From the human T2T-CHM13v2.0 reference genome, Homo sapiens: 64,000 nucleotides of DNA. Below are positions 24,185 through 38,771 of this stretch, in pieces (the stretch's first letter is position 1; each line of letters starts with the position of its first letter). The stretch lies in NCBI RefSeq assembly GCF_009914755.1, contig NC_060930.1; one strand, given 5' to 3'. Made by a program: the position numbers and the translations under genes. Under the pieces are notes generated by a model. The model was not told the origin of the DNA. It worked only from the letters and a program-made list of their open reading frames with translations, and did not search any database.

Positions 24185-24550
24185 TGTATTAGTCCATTTT
24201 CACACCGCTGATAAAGACATAACTGAGACTGGGCAATTTACAAATGAAAGAGGTTTAATGGACTTAAAGTTCCACATGGCTGTGGCCTCACAATCATGGT
24301 GGAAGGCAAGGTGGAGCAAGTCACATCTTACATGGATGGTGGCAGACAAAGAGAGAGCTTGTGCAGGGAAACTCCCATTTTTAAAACCATCAGATCTTGT
24401 AAGACTTATTCACTATGATGAGAACAGCATGGGAAAGACCTGCTCCCATGATTCAATTACCTCCCATTGAGTTCCTCCCATGACACACGGGAATTTTGGG
24501 AGTTACAATTCAAGATGAGATTTGGGTGGGGACACAGCCAAACCATGTCA
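24185..24550 (-). mobile_element. THE1 solo LTR
   Basis: tgtattagtccattttcac...ggggacacagccaaaccatgtca. Confidence 0.9.
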
Positions 24551-25284
24551 CATGTTGTACTGTTACCTTTCTACCAGCATTCTACCAAAAAGCCTTGCTC
24601 GCTACCTTACTACTAATAAACTTTTAAATACCTTTTTGATAAGCAAAAATATCTTGGTATTCCAATCTGAATCTCTTTTAAAATATTACTACATTTTATT
24701 AGTCAATGTTATTTTCTCTTGTATCTGGTTTTATTTTTTCATTCCTTTTGCTCACTTAGCTGTTATCTTAATATTTATGACATCAATTTATGCAACTTCT
24801 TTACAAGTTAACAAAAGGGATGAAACTTACTCATAATTTTGTTCCAAGGATTATAGGATAATTATAAAATACTCAGAAGGTCCTTCTTATTCCACATTAT
24901 GTAGCTGCTCAATAAGTATTAGCAATTATTATCACTAGCTATATGTAAGACTATTAATGCTATGACTATAAAAATATTACATATTTTTCTCAGTGAGTTG
25001 GTTTTTGACCAAAAAAAAAAAAACTTATACATTAGATTTATTCATTCATTCAACAAATACTTATTGAGTCTTCTGTGTGCAGGCAGAAAATGCTGTCTTT
25101 ATTTGGGAGGTCTTTTATCCCTTTTAAGAACAGAATATCTTTCCACACTGGAATGTTAAACCAGCCAGCCATTTTTAATTTCTTATGGAAATATCTGCCT
25201 ATTAGATTTTTACATTTAAGTTTGTTAGTTATCTGAAATGTAATTTTTAGTTTGTGAGATAAAATTCCTTCCCTCAAAAGCTAA

Positions 25285-25627
<343 letters not shown>

Positions 25628-27005
25628 TTTTGTTTTAAATATTTAAATATTTCAGTTAATCTTCCTTTTGTATTTTTCTGCATTAACTTTAGCCTAATTT
25701 TGCAACTAAAGAAATCATCCACTGGAAACCATTACAATTGGATTAAACCTAAAAATTAATCTGGAAACAACTGGTATATATAAAGTGCAACCTATGTGTA
25801 ATATCTACTAATAAATTTTTTCTATTTGAATCTGTATTTTTGGAAAATTTACTTTTAAGATCTTTCAGGACTTTTGTAGTTTCTATGTAGGTGATATCTA
25901 TCTGTTAATTTTTGTATTTTTCTCCAATATTTTCTTATTGTTTCTAGCTATAATCTTTAATTTTGTATACTTATTTTGTTCACACAGGTTGATTCACATA
26001 GGTTTTCTAATATTTGCATTCAAACCATCAATAATGATCATTTGTTCTCCTCACTAAGTGTCACATTATTTGTCCACACTGTACACTACACACTGGCATA
26101 ACAGGGAGCCTGTTATGGCTCACACCTGTAGTCCTAGCATTTTGGGAGGCCAAGGCAGGCACATCACCATAGAATCAGTAGGACCTGGATTCACTATTAT
26201 TAGTTATATGATCCTGGGTACATTTCTTAACCTCTGTGCCTCAGTTCTTCAGTTTATACTGATTTTATAGGATGCATGTGAGAATTAGATGAGTTAATAC
26301 ATGTAAAGCACTTATTATGATGCCTGCTATGCAACAAATATGGACAAATACCTATTGAAAAAAGCTATCATATCTTTATGTTTCATGCCTTAACATATTT
26401 ACTTCAAGATTATTAAACAGTTACGATGAAAAGACATCTTCCCTTGCAGGTCCTGATTTTAAAGGAAGAACCTGTAGGCTAGGTGTCTCCCTTTCCAAAG
26501 GGACCCATGGAAAACTATCGAAATCATACATAATATACCATGTATACTGTGGATTTGAATTTTCCTAGAACCCCACAGCATGCTCTAGGTTTGTTGCTCA
26601 CATGTATGGTTTTAACACACATGAACACCAATGTTCTAAAAAATCCATTACTATCCTATTTCCAATTAAAATATGATAGCTTTTTTCCTTGTTATTTTTA
26701 TATTATATGGTTTTATTCAATTTATTTGCACTAACATCTTAATATTGACTGATATCCAATTATTAAGCAGTTCTTGGGGGGAACTATCTGGCTGAGATAG
26801 GTTATTCTTTTAACAAGATTAATTTCAATGTGTTCATATATTTATATAGGGTTTTTTGTTCTCAACACACATTCATAAATGAGACAGCTATAAGTTTCTT
26901 TTCAGGAAGAAAAACATAGACAACTGTCTATATTTTTGCACACTTTTACTTTTAAACTTTATGTCATTTTGTTTAATGTGTGAATCTTGCAAGTAAAATA
27001 CCTGA

Positions 27006-27318
<313 letters not shown>

Positions 27319-27789
27319 CTGATATTTTAAAAGTCTATTTTTGAACCCACTTTTTAAAATAGGAAGCTTAAACTATTTACATTTATTGTCATGACTCAGT
27401 TTGCTCTTACTTAAATTTCTTATTTCATTACATTCTTTTAAAAAAACTCACTTAATTTTTTTAACTCTGACAACTTAGAAAGTGTAATAATCTATTTTAT
27501 ATATATACTTGTTTTATTTATTTCAAACTCTAGGATGAAATAATAACTTTTAACTATACGCTAGGGACAAGAGTAATGGTTACGTGACTTTTTCTTCCTA
27601 AGCTAGGATGCTTTGCTCAATCTTTGAAAACAATTTGGTTCTGTTCTCTCACATTATCATATACATATATCTAATGTAAAATCTTCAGGAATTATTCTGG
27701 ACATATATAATAATTAAGAAAGTTCTACATATTTAACTGATTTCAAAGTTCATCCAATGGTATTTTTGGATCATAAATTTCCCATCAAA

Positions 27790-28070
27790 AAAATTTTTAA
27801 CTGATACATAATAGTTGTACATATTTTGGGGGTACATGTGATATTCTGACACCATATACAGTGTATAATAATCAAATCAGAGCATCTGAGATACCCATTA
27901 CTCCAAGCATTTATCTTTTATGTTGGGAACATAAATCTTCTCTTCTGGCTATTTTGAAATATACAATAAATTATTAACTGTAATTTCCCTACTGTAATAC
28001 TGACTACTAGAACTTATTCCTTCTAACTATATTTTTGTACTCCTTAACCAACTTCTCTTCATCCCTTCCT
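27790..28070 (-). mobile_element. L1MA 3' end fragment
   Basis: gtacatattttgggggtacatgtgata...attttgaaatatacaataaatt. Confidence 0.7.
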
Positions 28071-30866
28071 CTAAGATCTTAAGATGTTCTATTCTTAAAT
28101 TCTTAACTTTGATTCATATCTAGAAATGGTACTACATCTTTAATAAATCTTAAATCTTTTTTTTTTTCCAGGGAGGGAACACTGATATTTCTCTAATAAT
28201 GCACATATGTTTACAACTACCATCACAAATGACTGACAACTTAGGTGACCAGATTCCTCAGGCTACAATTTTTCTCTTAGTGCTCTAAATATTTCTCCAT
28301 TGTCTTTTGGATTTAGTGTTTTTACAGAGAAGTCTCAAATGTACTATATGTTTTTGTGTTTAGGTGTCTGTAATATTTGACTCTTAAGATACAAACAAAA
28401 GAATTTTCTAGATATAGTTCTCATCTCATAAATTTTGCCTGGAATGCAGGATGACTCATCTCTTCAGAAATCTCAGCAAGGTTTCTTCATCATGCTCATT
28501 ATTGTTTCTGCTCCACTAGTACTGTCCCGGGATACTTATTTGTGGGTCAAATATCTTTCTATGTCCTCATCATTTATTTCTTTCATTTTAGTTTTGGTCA
28601 TTTCTTCCCACCTCGAATTTGTCTCCCACTTCACTGATTAGATTTTTCCGTAGTGTCAATTCCATCATTTTAGGCCTGAGATATAGTTTTAAGGAAGCAA
28701 CTGAAGAACATGAACTTTAAAATTGCAGAGACTGTGGTCTTAAATCCCACTTATCCTATTTTAGACTAAATGACCTAAGGAAATCACCTAACATGTCTGT
28801 TTGTCTGTTTATAAAATTTCTCATGTGCAAAAAAAGAATCCCAATATCTATCTTGCATGATTAACATGAGATTTAGAAATAATATTTGTAAAACTCTTAT
28901 TATTGTGCCTTATATATAACTGGAACATAAGATGAACCTGCCATTATTATGAATCCCTATTTTGACTTTTTTCCTCGCTTAATTTTATTTCAGACTGCTC
29001 CATTTCTCATCTCAGCCTGTTCTGTACATAGGACTCCCTGTTCTTCTTTCAAGAAGAAGTCCTATCTTTTCAAATTTCATTAAAATAGATAATATTGGGT
29101 TGTGGTTAAGGCAGTGGATTCTGCACTTCCACTCAGTGTTTGAATCCTGGTTCTACCATTTACTATGTAACTTTCAGCAAGTTACTTAACTTCTGATGTA
29201 GTTTTCTCCTGTACAGAAATAAAACCCTGTAATTTCGTCGTTTGTATTAAACGACTAAATATATATAAAGTGTTTAGAAGAGTGCCTAAAGATAGAAAGC
29301 ATTAAGGCATCTAGCAAATGAAAGCAGCTATTCCTCTTTTACTTCCTCAAGTTAATCATGTCAAAAATATTTTGTTCTCCTCTAAGTCCTTTAGAAATAT
29401 TCCTGTTCTTTTGAGCTGCGAAATATCTTCCCAAATATTTGTTCCTAGTGTACTTATTTCTGAAAGAAAAGAAGCCTATTCAGTCCTGGTGTTTGCAAAG
29501 AGAGGCTGGATAAATTATGCTTAGTCACCTCACACTTATGTGCCCCTCAACATTTAAACTGGACCTTAGGTAAATGGACATAGCCTCTGCCTATTCTGAT
29601 TATCCATTTAATTTAAACCTTGGTCTAAATTGCATTTTGTTCATGGCTCACAACTCCCAGTTCTTTAATACTAAGAGACAATATGAGGTTCTTCTCTGAG
29701 CATAAAACATCTCTGCAGACAACTGTTTCCAGGGTTCTTTTTGCTTTTGCCCAACATAAACCACTCCATCTGAGGGGAGCGCATATATCAATAAGCAATG
29801 TTTCATCCTCCATGTCACTATTCCCTACCATATTGTGCACTAGTACCACCAGAAAAAGCACATGCTATTTCAGAGCAGCAATCACTATGGGAGTGCTAAT
29901 CTGTCCATTCTGTCAGTAGTTCGAAATTTTTGTGCAGTCGTACACCAGTGTATACACTATGAACCCTCACATATGTGCAGCTGGATTTTGGTCAATTTTA
30001 CTACTTGTTTTTGCCTCACTTCAGAATTTATATTGTTACATTGACATCTGCCAGACAGAATACTAAAATGAACAGGTCTTAAGAAAAAATGGGGTAAATC
30101 TTACTACAAGCAAAATGTAGGATTATAACTCATTATAAAACTCCTGCCAAAAAAAAAAAAAAAACTATGTACCATTTACACAAGAGCCTGTTTATTTTTT
30201 TCTGTGAGGACAGAAGAGATAATGGTCAAAGTAGTAAAAAGTGCAACTCAAGTAGGGAGATAGGTATAAAGAGGGCATAGAGCATTAACTGTGGATGCCA
30301 ATACAGACTCTTTATGATTCCAAGGGGATCAGGTTGTAGTTAGTTGCTGATTTGCTTAGTCTTTGAGCACTGTATTTTTAATTCCTTCAAGTGTGCTGCC
30401 AAAGATTCTATCATTTGAAAGTGTGCCTCAAACATAAAAGGATAATTATTACCATACGGCCATTGATTTCTCCTGGTTCTGTTGGGTAGAATCACACAGA
30501 AATAGTTTAAATAAGCACAAGCTATTCAATATCTGAAGTTAAGATACTACTTCCTAAGTTCTTCACAATTCTGGGTTAAAAATATTTTCTTCAAAAATGT
30601 TATCATGGCTAGTTTTGAGTTTCCCCACTATCTCTGGTCATTTTCCCCACTGTGTGTGTGTTCTTCCTGTAGGACAGCACTCAAGAATGAAGTCAATATT
30701 CTCACAGTGATGTTGATTCTAATATAAACTTTATTTTTACCACATGTTATTGACCATGACATAGTGTTACTGTTTTTAATTTTCAAAATTCCTTAGAATT
30801 TTAACATAAAATGCAGCCATATCTGCATTTTATGCGCATATGTAAATCACTATTACCCAATGATCA

Positions 30867-31037
<171 letters not shown>

Positions 31038-31975
31038 CTATCATAACACACAACCTACACTACTAGGATGTTAAGAAATAAGTTCTTGTAAATATCGGCA
31101 TGAGTTCTCTAGCTACATTAGAAAAACTCACCTATCTTTCCTTCTTAAAATATTTTTTATTTTGACTTTAGTGACACAACATTCACCTGTATCCCTCTGA
31201 CCTTTTTGGCCACTCACTCTAAAAGTCTCCTTTGCTAAGTTAACTTTTTATTTCTGATAAACAGTAGCATCTACCACTGTTAGTTACGTGTTATGTGGCT
31301 TTAGACAAGTTACTCAAGATCTCTAAACTTCATTTTCCTTATCTGTAAAATCACAATTATCTTATGCCAAAGATCATTTTGCATGAAAAATGGCTAAGGT
31401 GTGCCTAGCCTGTAATCAGTATTCCACAAATATTAACAGGTTTTTCCTTTAAAACATGAAGAAGATAATGCTTAAGCCCCTGAAAATTTCCCAATACATT
31501 TAGGATAAAATAAGTCTTTTATATGCCCTACAGGGCTCCATACCTCCTGATCTATCTCCAGGGCTTCAAATCAAGACAAATATCCCCTTAGATGCCTATG
31601 TTCTAGCTATAATACCCTTCCTTTAGCTCCTCCGTCACAGCAAGCTCCTTCCCACATGAAGCTGTTTCTGAGGCAAGCTTCCTCTAATTCCTCACCTGGC
31701 TGGTGTTAACCTGTCTGTTTAAATGCTGCCTGTAAATAAAACACCTCCTGACAAACTCATCTAATTTTCCCTTTTCTCACATAGCAGGTTGTTCTCTTCC
31801 TTCACAGCACTCAACCCAAATGGAAATTATATAATTATTTTTATATCTATATAAAGAAACATATTTTCTGTTTCCCCCATAACTACATCCCCAGCTACTA
31901 TTATGAGGTCTGACATAGTGTACATAGTCATTATGTTTTAAATTAATAAATGCTGAATGAATGGGTGCTCTAGAG

Positions 31976-32180
31976 CAAGTGTCGGCAAACTATGGCCTGC
32001 AGGCTAGTCACTTGTTTTTGTAAAGATTTATTGAAATCAGACATACCCATTTGATTAAGAATTGTTATAACTGCTTTCATGCTTTAAAAGAGACAGAGAG
32101 ACAGAGTTGAGCAGTTATAGCAGAGACTAAGCCTAAAATATTTACTAGCTAGCCCTTTTAGAAAAGATTGCCAATGCTTG
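31976..32180. mobile_element. MER58A-like hAT MITE
   Basis: gtcggcaaactatggcc...gcctaaaatatttacta...agaaaagattgcc. Confidence 0.65.
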
Positions 32181-32480
32181 TGGTGGAGTAAAACATTCAA
32201 TTTTGATGATAAAGAATAAAAACTAACCCTATGTTGTAATCATTATTTACCTTGTCCATCTGAGTCCCAAACTACCATCCATTAAATACATACTAACCTT
32301 AATCACAATATTAAATAGAAAACTGAATACAAAACCAATAAGTATCTCTAAATGTAGTATATTTGTTCAATGACATCTACTGTATTCATTAATCTGTTCA
32401 AGAATCCCTTAAAATAAACCAAACTTAAAAGTAAATGTATAAAATATAAATTTTATACATAAATTTCATAGAAGTCTTAC

Positions 32481-32490
32481 CTGTAGGCAT
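32481..32490 (-). CDS. AHI1: AHI1 first coding segment (ATG CCT ACA G) in exon 32481-32544
   Basis: Minus strand: tttgtttcgatag|GATCC...GAGAG ATG CCT ACA G|gtaag; joins in frame to the next exon to give MPTAESEAKV. Confidence 0.95.
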
Positions 32491-33229
32491 CTCTCAGCTT
32501 TATGCAGAGGACTGAGAATGCAAAGCATTGACTCAATCAGGATCCTATCGAAACAAAGGAGATGTATTTGTAATATGGAACTTCCAAATAAAAATTATAA
32601 AACGTTCTTCACACAAGATCATGCCATTGTATGTCCACTACTTCATTAAGTTTATACCAATAAAGCTATGTTCCCTTAACCCAATCTTATGCAAATGACT
32701 TGGGTACATTTGAATCAGTTTAGGGCTCTAAAATCAAGGGAAACAAACTAGATCATATCTGAATAAAGTATTTATATATTTGAAACAAAAAAAACATTTT
32801 GAAGGCAGTGCACATCTAATGTGGTATGTTAATAAACTTTTTAAAGTGTTTTAATACATTAATGAACATTTCAACGCACTTTTAAGAAACCAAACTCCAT
32901 CTCAGGATTGACTTTCCTAAGAGCATTCAATATTACATTAAAGCATGCTTGTGGGTAGCACACTCACAGTGAATTTAAATACCTCTGTGTCTGCCACTGA
33001 AAATTCTGCTACAATAGAGAAGGATAGTACAAATATTTGCACCATCTTTCTTTAATAAAACCTGGATGTGTATTACTGTGTCAGAACTACTCAAAACCAT
33101 GGTTCAACTCAGTATGTATATTACTAAATTGCCCATTTTATTAAAAAAATCGGTGTATGTCTAAAATGAACATATTCTCACATTAGAACATTTAGAATGT
33201 AATATGCATGTTTTTGAGACTAAAACTGA

Positions 33230-33652
<423 letters not shown>

Positions 33653-34012
33653 TAAACATACCTAACTATGTCAGTTAACTTAGGCAACAACTACGTGGCA
33701 CCCAGTCAAAACAGACATCACTAAATCCATGGAGTAAAAATTCCTATACTTTAGTGATAGGAGCCTGTATTTACTCCTTCTAGCAGTTATAAATTTAATA
33801 AATCTAGTCTTCTACTTTCTAGTCTATATTAAATTAGAAAAGAGAAGCTGCAAAGGCAAGTGCAATGACAGCATGAGTAATTGAAACCTGAGAGCACGGA
33901 AGTAGAAAAATCATAAAACAAATAAAAATTTAATATTTATACTACTCGATGGTCATCTAATAGGCCAGGAAAAAGCTGACCTATATTATGACTATGATTC
34001 ATCAAAAAAAAG

Positions 34013-34283
34013 CCTGCTGGGCGCCGTGGCTCATGTCTGTAATCCCAATACTTGGGAAGGATAAGGCGGGTGGATCACTTGAGGTCAGGAGTTTGTGTCC
34101 TGTCTGGCCAACATGGTAAAACCCCATCTCTACCAAAAATACAAAACTTAGTCAGGCGTGGTGGTGGGTGCCTGTAATCCCAGCTACTGGGGAGGCTGAG
34201 GCAGGAAAATCGCTTGAACCTGAAATGTGGAGGTTGCAGGGAGCCAAGACTGCACCAGTGCGCTCCAGGTGATGGAGTGAGGT
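34013..34283 (+). mobile_element. AluS lacking its tail
   Basis: Alu body ends at ggagtgag. Confidence 0.85.
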
Positions 34284-36067
34284 AATATTTTAGAAAGATT
34301 AAATAACTAATGAAGAGGCAGGAGAAAGAATCGGAGATAATTCCCATGTTTCTAGAACTAGAATAAGTAGATTAGTAGTATCATTACACTGTAATATAAT
34401 GCAGTACAGGGCAGTAGTTTAAAATCCATGTCCTAGAATTAGTTTCCATAGTCACTTGCGTGACTTTTGTTTCCTCATCTATAAAAACACCCTACCAGTG
34501 CCGACTCAAAGGGTTGTTGTAAGGGTTAAATGATTTAGAACAGTACCGTAGACAGAAGAAGCAACAATAAATGTTAGCTATAACTGTAACAGGTTGTTAG
34601 GGTGCAGTCACTGAGCTTAGTATGGGTCATGTTGAGTTGGGTATCTGAAGGGCACTGAGCAGCTACAAGCATCAGCTCCATTTTCAGATCCTTGGATCCA
34701 AATACCAGTTCTATCTGCCAGCAGATTCACCTCTATGGATATCAACTTCCTAATCTTTCACAATAATAAGAGTAAATCACTCACAGTGTTTTTATAAAGA
34801 TTAAATGAGAATATGCAAATAAAATACTAGGCACAATGCCTAGCACATGGCAAGCCCTTCAAAAACAACAACTGTTATTACTGTCACGTGTGTGTGTGTT
34901 TACGTATATAATCATATTATGTTTGTTAGGCAATCTACTAATCCAGCAGGGAGACAATAGGCTGAAGATTTGGGAGTTATTTATAAATATGATAGTTCCA
35001 AGAAAATAAAAAGCCAATGAGAATCCTGTGAGCCTACAATATAAAGTAAAATCAGGGAGATAGGTGAAAAACTGGGAGATAGAAGCATTACAGAAGCAAA
35101 CCCAAGTTTTAAAGGAGATGTTGCCTATATACTGTGTGGCATCAAAAGGGGCTGGAGGTTTTGAAGAAAGTCCACTGAATCTGCAAGTAGGAAGTCACGT
35201 GTGTCAAAGCTGTTTATAGAGGGGCAGAAACTTAGCAGGCTGGGGCTAAGGAATGAATGGAAGGTGACACCTGTAGAAGGGACATGTAGACAATTCTTTA
35301 CAGAATTCTTCCAACTGTCTTCCCATCACCCCCAAAGGCAGTGACATGAGACAGTAACTCTGAGGGACAAAAACACTGTGGAAGGATTATGCTTTTTGTT
35401 TTAAGATTGTTTCCACGCCGCTATCACCTTTCCCTTAAAAAAAAAATCATCATCTACACAGCAACTAGTGTAATTTTCTAAAATTCAAATGTGATGGTGT
35501 CGTTTCTTCGCTTAAAATTCTTCACTAGCTCCCAATCGCACATTGAAAAAAATATCAAGTCCTTACCAGTGAGGTCCAAGGCCATTTATGAAATGTCCCC
35601 TTCACACATCCACTGTGTCCCAGACATGTGAAACTACCTGCAGGCCTTCACGTGTGCCAAGTTCTCTCTTGCTTTTGTATCATTACACACATATCCCCTC
35701 CCCTGAAAAATGTGCTTCCTCCTTTGTCTCTCTAACAAACTCCTCACTATCCTTTAAAGGCAAATGATATCTTCTCTAGAGAGCATTCTCACCTTGAAGG
35801 GCATTTAAGAACTTCTCTTCTGTGCTTCCAGGGTGCCTTAATCTTTGTAGCTCCCTCTACCTCAACCTTGAATTTTCACCCTGGTAAAATGTTCTGTAAC
35901 TCCCACCAAACTGCTAGCTTTGGAGGACCAAGCCAATGCTCTCTTATAGTTATGTATCTGCCACTATGAAAGAAAAGAGAGGAGAAGAAGAGAGAAGCGA
36001 AGTGAAGAGAAGCAAAAGCAAAGCGAGTAAAAAAGACTCAGGCTTGAGCTCTAGTGTCACCACTTAC

Positions 36068-36152
36068 TGATGTGTGGCCTTGGGCAAGCTACTTAATTTC
36101 TAATCCTTGGTTTTTCCTTGTCTGGGAATTTAAAATGGCACCTATTTTAGTA
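36068..36152 (-). other. AHI1: AHI1 5'UTR exon 3 (85 nt), exonized MIR
   Basis: tttctcttctccttacag| acceptor, TCA|gtaagtg donor; MIR core TTAAGTAGCTTGCCCAAGGCCACACA. Confidence 0.7.
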
Positions 36153-36320
36153 CTGTAAGGAGAAGAGAAAATACCAAAAAGCAAAGTAATCAGTACATTG
36201 CAATAAAATTACTTTATGTCCATTATTATTGTATTAAAAATAAGTAAATAATTACAAATAAAATACATAAATCATATACTTATTTACTATTAACAGCTTA
36301 ATACACAACTAAACTAATAA

Positions 36321-36671
<351 letters not shown>

Positions 36672-37441
36672 ATCTCTAAATCTTAATATGTACTACAGCA
36701 AACATGATAGAATTAACGGCTAATATTTGATTAGTAACCTCTGCAAAAAATCAGATAGGACTTTAAAAGACACCTCTGATTCTTATATATTCCATTATTT
36801 TACAACTTCTCCCTCACAAACCCTTTCACAGGAGCGTCTAAGAGATATTACACAGGAAAATTAAATGGATTACATTTCATCTCATTTTATTTTACAGACA
36901 ACCTGATTATCAGCCAATATGTGGCTCAATATCATTGGGAGAAAAAACTGAGAGGCTTGATAATTCGCTCCTTAACCAAATGTTATCGCAAGGGAAAAAA
37001 AGACAAACAAAAATCCTGTATACAAAATTCAATGAATAAATCAACAAGATTCTTCATAAGTAAACAAGATTCTAACTTCATAAATATTATTCTTCATAAA
37101 CAAGATTCTAGGTATGGTTTAAAAACACTTTTGGTATTTGAATTTCTTTCAAGCATTCTTTAAAAAATTTCCCAGAGTACTCATAAGAAGCAATCTTCCT
37201 CCTAACGCCCAAGCAGTAACAGCAACTGTTAATGCAACAGGTGAAAAAATTGTTGGCATCTCTTTCTCAAAAGAAAGGGGAAAGCTTTATTTTCACAATA
37301 GATGTTTTTACAGGAATGCTAAACGCAGCACAACCTTTGATAAGGATTCTTAAATGGTCTACATTTTTGTTCTATTTTTATGCATCTCGAAACAACCCTA
37401 TTAATATAATTTGGCTCTTATAAATATAACAAATTGATCAC

Positions 37442-37503
37442 CTTTTCTCAGACATAATTAAGAAGGCTTTGACAGGTTGAAGATTCAGCCCCAGGTTGAC
37501 ACT
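37442..37503 (-). other. AHI1: AHI1 5'UTR exon 2 (62 nt) with an upstream ATG at 37455
   Basis: tttatttccttttag|AGT...AAAAG|gtgatc. Confidence 0.75.
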
Positions 37504-37836
37504 CTAAAAGGAAATAAACACACTCAGTACACATCTGATTTAAAAGCATTTAAATAAGAATCGGGAGTAGGAAAGGCAAAGATTGAATTCTCTATCAGAG
37601 CACCATGCTCAACTCTCCGGGGACACGGAGACCAGTGAAAGAAGCGCAAAAGTACGGTGAGGACTCTCAGAAATCGCATTCCCCCGGGACACCCGGCCCA
37701 CGCTCGTCGGTCACTACGCTATCAGCCTCCGCGCTCTCGGACTCCAGCAGCCCCGACACGCCGCCCAGGAGAGGGCCGGGCAGGCCGAGCACCCCGGCCC
37801 GCGCTCCCGCCACCAGCGCACCCATGATGTACTCAC

Positions 37837-37995
37837 GGAGAGGGGTACGCAGAACCGCCCGTCCCGCCGGAGCCGACACCCGGAGCAGTGCAAATCAACT
37901 CCCCCAGCCTAGCGGCGCGTGCGCGAAGTGAGGCGGCCACGCAGCCACCTAACCCGCCAGCGACCCGTGTCCTGAAAGCAAGCCGCGGCTCTGTG
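37837..37995 (-). other. AHI1: AHI1 non-coding exon 1 (5' end approximate)
   Basis: In the CpG island; donor TCC|gtgagt at 37836-37831; the TSS cannot be fixed from sequence. Confidence 0.7.
37915..37924. promoter_or_regulatory. NRF1-like site
   Basis: GCGCGTGCGC. Confidence 0.4.
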
Positions 37996-38020
37996 CCGCA
38001 GTGCGGACAGCGCGCCGCCT

Positions 38021-38032
38021 GCTGACGTCAGC
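38021..38032. promoter_or_regulatory. Full CRE (CREB/ATF site)
   Basis: Palindrome GCTGACGTCAGC. Confidence 0.75.
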
Positions 38033-38048
38033 GCCTGCCTACGCCGCC

Positions 38049-38062
38049 GTTCCCATGGCGAC
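38049..38062. promoter_or_regulatory. X-box (RFX site)
   Basis: GTTCCCATGGCGAC / GTCGCCATGGGAAC fits GTYNCYATRGNAAC. Confidence 0.75.
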
Positions 38063-38254
38063 CGATGCGTCCCGCGCTCTAGGCGAAGACCGCGGCCCCG
38101 TCCCCGCGCCTCCACCGCCTTCTTCCAGGAGGAGGGGCCGTGCGGCGCCTGCCCGGGGGCCCTCAGGCCGCAGGCGGGCGCGAGCTTCAGGGAACTTAGG
38201 GGGCTCCCGCCTCCCCGGCCACGCGAGCGGGAACAGTCTCCTCCACTCGGAGCG
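38055..38254 (+). ncRNA. AHI1-DT: First exon of the AHI1 divergent lncRNA (AHI1-DT / LINC00271 / C6orf217); start approximate
   Basis: Donor GCG|gtaagg at 38255; known head-to-head lncRNA at AHI1. Confidence 0.7.
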
Positions 38255-38263
38255 GTAAGGGAC

Positions 38264-38271
38264 CCGGAAAT
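38264..38271 (+). promoter_or_regulatory. ETS/GABPA-like site
   Basis: CCGGAAAT. Confidence 0.4.
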
Positions 38272-38657
38272 GCGCGGGTGCCCCTACAGAGTCTTGAGTT
38301 TTCCCCGCCCTCACCTCCGAAAATGCTCTTTTCGCCTTAGAATTGTAGCTAGCGCAGGGAAAAACTGACTGGGCAAAGGAAAACTGGGGAGGCTGTCATG
38401 GAAGCCGCCCAGAATAAGAAAATGAATGAATGAGGCAAAGAAACAGATTTGTCACTCCCCACGCGATCGCGCCCACAAAAGAAAACATGGTTTTAAGGCG
38501 TGGAAAATGAAGTTGTACTACAGACAAAATTTTAAGAAAAAATTATCCACTGTTCCTTTAGAGCTATCTCCCTGTGTGTGAAAAACAAAACAAAAGTTAA
38601 AACGCCATCCTTTTCTACACCTAATGCTCCCTCCCACTTTTCTGATTTCTGCCACAG

Positions 38658-38771
38658 GCGCCATCTTCAGCTCTGAGTCACCAGGGCTGGAAAAATACTA
38701 GATGCGCTACTCGTGGACTCGTGAATACACTCGTGAATACAGGCCATTTCCTGTACCTACAGCCACCCGCT
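38658..38771 (+). ncRNA. Candidate internal exon of the divergent lncRNA
   Basis: ttttctgatttctgccacag| acceptor and GCT|gtaagc donor. Confidence 0.5.
38659..38667. promoter_or_regulatory. YY1-like site
   Basis: CGCCATCTT (AAGATGGCG on the minus strand). Confidence 0.4.

Larger units (their letters stand above)
37600..38340. promoter_or_regulatory. CpG island; bidirectional promoter of AHI1 and the divergent lncRNA
   Basis: Abrupt GC- and CpG-rich segment in an AT-rich background, with splice donors pointing outward on both strands (37836 minus, 38255 plus). Confidence 0.93.
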
